Shown: positions 57,980 to 64,000 of the stretch, one piece after another
Layout: each line of letters starts with the position of its first letter
Position numbering within the stretch: the first letter of the stretch is position 1
Assembly (NCBI GenBank): GCA_044226015.1
Contig: JBGAHS010000010.1
Location: forward strand, 160,001-224,000
Reading direction: 5' to 3'
Length of the DNA stretch: 64,000 bases
Source: Candidatus Obscuribacteraceae bacterium
GTDB taxonomy: Bacteria; Cyanobacteriota; Vampirovibrionia; Obscuribacterales; Obscuribacteraceae
The notes under the pieces: model-generated
The model's database searches: none
Seen by the model: the letters and a program-made list of their open reading frames with translations, nothing else
Told to the model about the DNA's origin: nothing
Program-made: the position numbers and the translations under genes

Positions 57980-60724
57980 TTGTTGGCGTTAGAACAAGAA
58001 AGCAGCAATAGTGATAGTCAGGACGTGCCCGAAATTGATGTTGACAGGTCTGATGAATATTTCGCTGCCCTAGAGGAGAGCGCTTTGCTTGCTGTGTTCA
58101 GCACAGACAGGAAGCTAGGTCTCACTCAAAAACTCATATCTGAAAAGCTCGAACAATTTGGTAAGAATGAGCTGCGGCAAGAGAAAAAGCAAAGTGCTTT
58201 GGGCATTTTCTTGCATCAGTTTCAGTCAAGCGTTGTCTATTTGTTGCTAGCCGCGGCGCTTGCTTCCCTTCTTTATCACGAGTTTTTGCAGGCTATTGGC
58301 ATAATGCTTGCTGTGTTCATTAATGCGATTACCGGCTTTTACATGGAATACAAAGCTGGTGTTTCACTCGAGGGATTAAAAGGTCTGGCAGGGCAAACAA
58401 TTCGTTGCGTCAGGGAGGGCGTGCAGTCCGATCTGCCAGTCGTTGAATTGGTTCCAGGCGACCTGGTAATTCTGGAGCCCGGTTCTAGAGTACCTGCTGA
58501 CATAAGACTTCTTGAAGCTGCCAATTTAAGTATTGATGAATCGCCTTTGACTGGCGAGTCTGTGCCGGTGTTCAAAGATGCAAGCGTGAGTGATGGTGAT
58601 GAGCCGCACAATATCGCTTATCATGGAACACTTGTTGCAGGCGGGCGTGGGCTCGGTCTCGTCTTGCGAACTGGTATGAAGACTAGTCTCGGTCGTCTTG
58701 GCAAATTACTTGAAAGCACCGAATCTGGTGGCACTCCTCTTGAGCGGCAATTGGAAAAATTAGGGCAGCAGCTCAGTATTCTGACTATTATAATTTGTTC
58801 GGTTGTTACGCTTGTAGGCATTGTTCAAAAACAAGACTTGCTTTTGATGGTAGAGACTGGAATAGCGCTGGCTGTCGCGGCTATACCTGAGGGCTTGCCA
58901 GTTCTTGCGACGCTTGCTTTGGCTATGGGAATTCAACGCATGGTTAGAAACCATGCAATCGTGCGGCATCTTGCGGCGATGGAGACCCTTGGTTGTACCA
59001 GCATTATTTGCACTGATAAAACTGGTACTCTCACCGAAAACCTTATGACTGTGTGCAAAATCTATTTCGATGGAAAGACCGTTGATGTAGAAGCCATCGG
59101 CTATCAGCCCGAAGGACGCATTTTGTTTGGCGAAAAACAACTTAGTGCAAGTTCCGAAGCAACACTGGCTGAATTGGTAAAAGCGGGCTTCTTGTGTAAC
59201 GATGCGAAATTAGAGCACAATGCAGAAGAAGGGTGGCATGTTCACGGCGACCCCACAGAAGGTGCCTTGCTAGCACTTGCTGCGAAGACAGACCTTGACC
59301 TCAGCCAGTTGAAATTACTTGCACGTTCGGGCGAGATACCATTCGATCTGTCGCGCAAGAGAATGAGCACCATTCATCAGTTAGATAATGATGCTGCGAT
59401 AGTTTACACAAAGGGCGCTCCGGGTCCTTTGATCGCACAATGTTCGTTCATTCAAACTAGCGACGGAGTTGAGGTTTTAGCGGATGATCACCGCGCACAG
59501 CTAATGCTCGTCAATGAGGGGCTTGCCAAAAAAGGGTTGCGAGTTCTCGCATTTGCCAGGAAAGACCTCGACGGGCTACCAGACCTCATCTTAGCTGATG
59601 AGCTAGAGAGCAACATGATTTTCCTCGGTCTAATTGCTTTGCATGATGCTCCTCGCAGCGGTGTGAAAGATGCGGTTAGTAAATGCAAAAATGCAGGCAT
59701 CAAAGTAGTTATGTTAACAGGCGACCAGGCTCAAACCGCCAGGGCTGTTGCTCATGAGCTAGGCATTATATCTGATACCACTGAAACTGTGGTGACTGGC
59801 ACAGAGTTGAATTCCATGGGTGCTGACGAGGTGAAATCTGCTCTTCAGCAGACTCATGTGCTTGCGCGAGTAACGCCCGAACTTAAGTTATCTATAGTGA
59901 AGTGTTTTCAGGACAAGGGCTCTGTCGTTTCTATGACGGGTGATGGAGTTAACGATGCCCCCGCATTAAAGCAAGCGAACATCGGAGTCGCAATGGGGCT
60001 CAAAGGCACTGACCTGGCGCGTTCTGTTTCTCAGATGGTCATTGCCGACGACAATTTTTGCACCATCGTCAAAGCTATTGAACAGGGACGAGTGATTTAT
60101 GGCAATATTCAGCGCGCAGTGGGTTATCTGCTGACTGCAAGTCTCGCCTCTGTACTGACCGTGGCGCTTGGAATTCTCTGCAAAGTAGGCTTACCGTTGA
60201 GCCCCTTGCAGCTGCTATGGCTCAACCTGATAATGCATATCTTCCCGGGTCTGGGCATCGTAATGGAGAAGCCCTCTGCTGATGTTATGAATTCCCCGCC
60301 GCGTGACCCGTCCGCCAAATTAATGGGACCTACCGAACTGAAACAGATCTTTGTGAGAAGTCTTATCGTTTCCATAACTGTCTTAGCTTCTGTGCTTCAT
60401 GCTGAAAAGATCAGCCAGGATGCCTCTCACACAACCACCATCGGGCTGGCTACCTTGTCTTTGTGTTTGCTTTTTCAGGCGTGGGCATGGCTAGGTGTCG
60501 GACATAAGAAATTGGAGACAAAGAACTTCGCTGTTGGACCTTCCATGGTTTGGAACATGTGCGCCGCCTATTTCATGTTTTTTGCGGCAATCTATATGCC
60601 AGGACTGAAGGATGTGCTCGGAACTATGTCGCTTGGCATTCATGAGCTGCTATTCTGTGTAGGCGTGGCTTTCGTGTCTTTACTTGTCAGTACAGGAGTT
60701 TGCGCTATTGCAATCAAGAAATAA
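57980..60724 (+). CDS. P-type II cation-transporting ATPase with non-canonical TM5/TM6 residues
   Basis: LTGES, IPEGL, DKTGT (phosphorylation site), KGAP, MLTGD and TGDGVNDAPALK motifs. Confidence 0.93.
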   Translation: MLALEQESSNSDSQDVPEIDVDRSDEYFAALEESALLAVFSTDRKLGLTQKLISEKLEQFGKNELRQEKKQSALGIFLHQFQSSVVYLLLAAALASLLYHEFLQAIGIMLAVFINAITGFYMEYKAGVSLEGLKGLAGQTIRCVREGVQSDLPVVELVPGDLVILEPGSRVPADIRLLEAANLSIDESPLTGESVPVFKDASVSDGDEPHNIAYHGTLVAGGRGLGLVLRTGMKTSLGRLGKLLESTESGGTPLERQLEKLGQQLSILTIIICSVVTLVGIVQKQDLLLMVETGIALAVAAIPEGLPVLATLALAMGIQRMVRNHAIVRHLAAMETLGCTSIICTDKTGTLTENLMTVCKIYFDGKTVDVEAIGYQPEGRILFGEKQLSASSEATLAELVKAGFLCNDAKLEHNAEEGWHVHGDPTEGALLALAAKTDLDLSQLKLLARSGEIPFDLSRKRMSTIHQLDNDAAIVYTKGAPGPLIAQCSFIQTSDGVEVLADDHRAQLMLVNEGLAKKGLRVLAFARKDLDGLPDLILADELESNMIFLGLIALHDAPRSGVKDAVSKCKNAGIKVVMLTGDQAQTARAVAHELGIISDTTETVVTGTELNSMGADEVKSALQQTHVLARVTPELKLSIVKCFQDKGSVVSMTGDGVNDAPALKQANIGVAMGLKGTDLARSVSQMVIADDNFCTIVKAIEQGRVIYGNIQRAVGYLLTASLASVLTVALGILCKVGLPLSPLQLLWLNLIMHIFPGLGIVMEKPSADVMNSPPRDPSAKLMGPTELKQIFVRSLIVSITVLASVLHAEKISQDASHTTTIGLATLSLCLLFQAWAWLGVGHKKLETKNFAVGPSMVWNMCAAYFMFFAAIYMPGLKDVLGTMSLGIHELLFCVGVAFVSLLVSTGVCAIAIKK

Positions 60725-60825
60725 GCTTTTAGTCGTCTATCGGTTTCCATTCTCGGCCTGAATAGGTGCTACAACTAAAGTGGAAACTTTATGAGGGAAT
60801 CGAGAATTACATAAGAAAGGAGAAA

Positions 60826-61383
60826 ATGAGTTATATGCAAATACCGTTAACTGTATCTTTCAGGAATATGGGTCATTCTGACCGAATTGAAAGTGAAATT
60901 CAGAAACGTGTCGAAAAATTAGAGGAGCTGTCCAAAGACATAATTTCGTGCAGAGTCGTAGTCGAACTGCCGCATAAACATCACAGACAGGGAAATCAGT
61001 ATCTCCTCCGCATTGATCTCTCGCTTCCAGAAAAGGAAATCATCGTAAACAAAGAGTCCGCCGGAAACGCTGAGGCTGAGGACTTCCAGGCTGTTCTGCG
61101 CGATGCCTTTGATGCTGCAAAAAGGCAGCTACATGATTACAACGAAAAGCGCCGCAAGAAAGTGAAAATTCACGATCAACACCATCCGCGCGCCAAGGTC
61201 ACTAAGGTGTTTGACGATGGTTACGGGTTTATCGAGACCGACGATGGTCGAGAAATCTACTTTCACATGAACAGTTTGCTTAGCGAAAATGGCAAGCTGG
61301 AGATTGGGGCGGAGGTTGATTTTGTGGAGACTGAGGGAGAGAAAGGTCCACAAGTTTCCTCAATGAAGCTATCTTCTAAATAG
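60826..61383 (+). CDS. HPF/RaiA ribosome-associated domain fused to a cold-shock domain; likely start ATG 60826
   Basis: AAGGAG RBS; MQIPLTVSFRNM...CRVVVELPHKHHRQG...RDAFDAAKRQL, then the CSD motifs GYGFIETDDGREIYFHMNSL and GEKGPQ. Confidence 0.9.
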   Translation: MSYMQIPLTVSFRNMGHSDRIESEIQKRVEKLEELSKDIISCRVVVELPHKHHRQGNQYLLRIDLSLPEKEIIVNKESAGNAEAEDFQAVLRDAFDAAKRQLHDYNEKRRKKVKIHDQHHPRAKVTKVFDDGYGFIETDDGREIYFHMNSLLSENGKLEIGAEVDFVETEGEKGPQVSSMKLSSK

Positions 61384-61394
61384 AACGCTGACGA

Positions 61395-61601
61395 CTAAGC
61401 GCAATTGCGTCTTAGTTCAGCGAAACTTTCACCAAATTTGCAATGGGCGCAGTAAGCTGGAACCAACGAATGTTGGCAGAACTGCGTCTTTTGTATAGGC
61501 GCCTTTTTTCTTGACTCGTCCAAAGCCAGATGCTTGCCGCTTTGAGAGTTGATTGTCTTTTCATTTTCCATGCGCATATTCCCCGAAATTCGACGGACCA
61601 T
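61395..61601 (-). CDS. Possible small protein with CxH-x5-CxxC motif
   Basis: FCQHSLVPAYCAHC; no clear RBS, start uncertain. Confidence 0.35.
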   Translation of the reverse strand: MVRRISGNMRMENEKTINSQSGKHLALDESRKKAPIQKTQFCQHSLVPAYCAHCKFGESFAELRRNCA

Positions 61602-61656
61602 TCGACGAACTATTCGTTCTTATGGACCGAAGCCCTAACTATAAAGTTAGGGTCTA

Positions 61657-61863
61657 CTAGCCCAATTCGATGCCCCAGTGGCGAAGGTTTTCTTCGTAGC
61701 TGAGCAAGTCTTCGTCGTTCCGCGATTTCTGTTCGGAATCGTTTTTCTTTTCCAGTCTTTTGAATTCGTGAGCTGTGATTTCATGTTCACCAGTAGATGG
61801 CAGAATGATCGTATCGCTCAATTTTGTTCTCGGGAATTCCATGTCTCTCTCCTCAGGACTCAT
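61657..61863 (-). CDS. Small hypothetical protein (68 aa)
   Basis: Strong GGAGG RBS shortly upstream of the ATG; charged, hydrophilic sequence. Confidence 0.55.
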   Translation of the reverse strand: MSPEERDMEFPRTKLSDTIILPSTGEHEITAHEFKRLEKKNDSEQKSRNDEDLLSYEENLRHWGIELG

Positions 61864-62432
61864 TACAGTCCTCCACGCCTAGCCCCGATTTATTAGGAGC
61901 GGTCCGACTTTATCGGTGCTTTCCATCGAAGCATGACTAACTAGACTTTACTCTAAATACAATGTTCCCCGGATGCATATAAGGATCGCCCGAAACTCGC
62001 TAGGGGCAACCTTTACAAGATTTTGCTGCGCAGACAATAAAGTTCACAATTTAGCATTTACGCTGAATCTTGAGGTTCATCGTCCAATAACACTTCTGTT
62101 GACCTGTTTGGCTTCGATAGAGTTCATCCCGCACATTGCATAGAACCGCATCCGTCAATTGGTGGATGCAGTTCTAGCCATGTTGCGCCGCTGTTTAAGT
62201 TTTTACATAAGAAGGATGTGCTCTAATTCATCTGCTCAATTGCAGTTGATTCAAAAAATCACATGGGTGCATATGGCACTATATTTGGTGCCAGATTCCG
62301 TGTGGTCTCTTCTAGTAAATCTCTTTTTACTAAAAGCATTATTGCGGGTTTTTCTTACGGAGTAGAAAAACCTCAAAAGTGGCTATTTGAGCCGGTCTTT
62401 GTTATGCTCTGATGTATTCGGAGGCGAAACTA

Positions 62433-63138
62433 ATGCAGAAAATTGATCCAAAAGTTGAAACGAATCCTCTATTATTGGGCGACACTTCACCAGCAACAAT
62501 TGTCCGCGGGTGAAGCATACAAGAATTTATGCCCAACTATAACGATTTGCCTGGCAGACTTTCTGCTGTTCCCTGATGTGAGCGCGTATTGTTTGCCTTT
62601 CGAGCTATACAATCGGGTGCATAATGTGACATTTGACTCTGATATATTGATAGTGGTGCTGGAGCTTCCAAAATTTAAACTGAATTCAGACGAAATATCG
62701 AATCCACTCGATAGGTGGCTGTATTTTCTATGTAATGCGGATAAACTGGACCGAGACAATCTTCCCGAGTCGCTCTGCAGACCAGAGATTCGTAGAGCTT
62801 TAGAGGAGCTGTTTATGTTAAGCCAAGATGACCTAGAACGAGAGAAATACTCCGCACGGCTGCGAGTGCTTATGGATGAGAAAAGCAGGCTAGTTTCAGC
62901 TCACGATGAGGGACTTGAGCAGGGACTTGAGCAGGGACTTGAGCAGGGACTTGAGCAGGGACTTGAGCAGGGGATTGAGCAGGGGCAGCTAATAGGAATA
63001 GTAGGAATTTGCGAAAAGCTCCTTGAGTTGGACCCTACACCTTCAGAAGAACTAAGGAGGCTTTCTCTCTCTGAGCTAGAGAAGTACGCCAGGCAGCTGG
63101 AGCTAAAAGCCATGAGTAGGAAGCAACAAACGGAGTAA
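62433..63138 (+). pseudogene. Rpn-family (PD-(D/E)XK nuclease/putative transposase) gene with internal deletion and frameshift
   Basis: GGAGG + ATG 62433 gives MQKIDPKV, a typical Rpn N-terminus, but is out of frame with KRILYYWATLHQQQL...ELPKF...LDRWLYFL...EGLEQG. The catalytic D..IExQ segment is missing. Confidence 0.8.
62911..62982 (+). repeat. 12-bp coding tandem repeat GGACTTGAGCAG x5 plus 1 variant (GLEQ repeats)
   Basis: Read directly; typical of Rpn C-terminal tails. Confidence 0.95.
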
Positions 63139-63283
63139 AATGATTGAGCTCCGCACCGTATATGGTGCATGGTATTGTGCTAATTATCTTCTTTCGCCAA
63201 TGTCGATGTGATTGTCTCGCTAAACAAACTAATTTGTTCCAGTACTCTTTATAAATCATTCGGGTAATCACTCTATAAATCAT

Positions 63284-63320
63284 CAAAATAAACGCGCCGG
63301 CTCTTTTGGAACCGACGCGT
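63284..63320 (-). terminator. Intrinsic terminator for the hxlR-like gene
   Basis: Minus strand reads ACGCGTCGGTTC-CAAAA-GAGCCGGCGCGT followed by TTATTTTG; the stem uses G-U pairs. Confidence 0.7.
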
Positions 63321-63340
63321 GGTGCAATTAAGATCGACAG

Positions 63341-63778
63341 TTATGCGGAGATCGGACTTTCCGTTATCATTTCGTTGCGGAGGTTATAACCTCCTTCAGG
63401 AACGCTGACGGCTCCGATATTTGATTTCTCGCCATCTCCGTTGGAATCTTTCGATTCGACTTTTTCCTGCCAAAATTTGCCGTAATCTGCAAGAGTGTCG
63501 AGAACTCTTTGTAGTTCTTTGCCCAATGGCGTTAGAGAGTATTCAACGCGAGGTGGCACTTCAGGAAATGAGTGTCTGGAAACGATATTCCATTCTTTTA
63601 GATCGTGGAGTCTCTCCGCCAATGTTTTGGCGCTCAACCCTTTCAAGTTACGTTCCAAATCCGATGGACGAAGTGGTCCTTCCATCAATTGACGAATAAT
63701 TGGAATGCTCCACTTATTAGCCAAAATTTGAACTGTAATTTCCATTGGGCAGCAAGTTTCTTTGCCTAGCTTTTTCAT
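63341..63778 (-). CDS. HxlR-family winged-helix transcriptional regulator
   Basis: CPMEITVQILANKWSIPII, LSAKTLAERLHDL and PEVPPRVEYSLTPLG motifs. Confidence 0.92.
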   Translation of the reverse strand: MKKLGKETCCPMEITVQILANKWSIPIIRQLMEGPLRPSDLERNLKGLSAKTLAERLHDLKEWNIVSRHSFPEVPPRVEYSLTPLGKELQRVLDTLADYGKFWQEKVESKDSNGDGEKSNIGAVSVPEGGYNLRNEMITESPISA

Positions 63779-64000
63779 TGACTCAACCGGTGCTGAAGAC
63801 CCGCGTTACGCACCGCTCCTTTTTAATTCAGATTAGCCGGAAAGTCTACTTACTACATCGACTTAGAGAATGAACACTAAGGTCATCCTTTAGGACGATA
63901 ATTCCCGGAAACCATACAGTGTCAGGCATTAGAGTCATTTGGTAGGAGCCGACTCTATGTGTCAATTTCTTCTGGAACGCATGGCAAGCTGAAGGTGAAC

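Noticed and set aside
62159..62365. 68-aa ORF as the missing 5' part of the Rpn gene
   Set aside because: No Rpn-like motifs. The true N-terminus (MQKIDPKV) with RBS is at 62433.
63244..63284. Short direct repeat ACTCT(T)TATAAATCAT x2
   Set aside because: Two AT-rich copies between convergent genes with no supporting context.

Overview
Bacterial chromosomal window, mostly coding. The style (many TPR proteins, a Ser/Thr kinase-TM-TPR protein, a cyanobacterial-type TolC, giant Gly/Ser/Thr/Asn-rich exoproteins) suggests a Melainabacteria/Obscuribacterales-like genome, which is inference only. In order it holds: a partial EEP-family gene, a class A PBP, a MaoC dehydratase divergent from a tetR-emrB-emrA-tolC efflux locus with two matching 33-bp palindromes, RNase HI, a GH5 glycosidase with a (Thr-Pro)~40 tail flanked by paralogous TPR genes, an alpha/beta hydrolase, a YcxB-like protein, a class III aminotransferase, a polysaccharide deacetylase, a YaiI-family gene, a TPR-PDZ lipoprotein, TPR proteins, a kinase, crcB-DUF190, a non-canonical P-type ATPase, an HPF-CSD fusion, a deleted Rpn-family gene and an HxlR regulator. 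About 29 kb is taken by three paralogous giant secreted proteins (4209, ~2807 and ~2755 aa). They share a signal peptide, a ~370-aa N-domain ending in GDPL, a beta-helix-like stalk with swappable inserts, a cap module ending in ADP, a linker, and a FecR-like C-domain with an invariant YNxHDxH..GxH..H..SxFS..KNAAIxMQxR signature. No autotransporter barrel, TPS motif or TpsB gene is visible. This family is the best candidate for an undescribed secretion, processing or surface-display system. No rRNA, tRNA or CRISPR array was seen.
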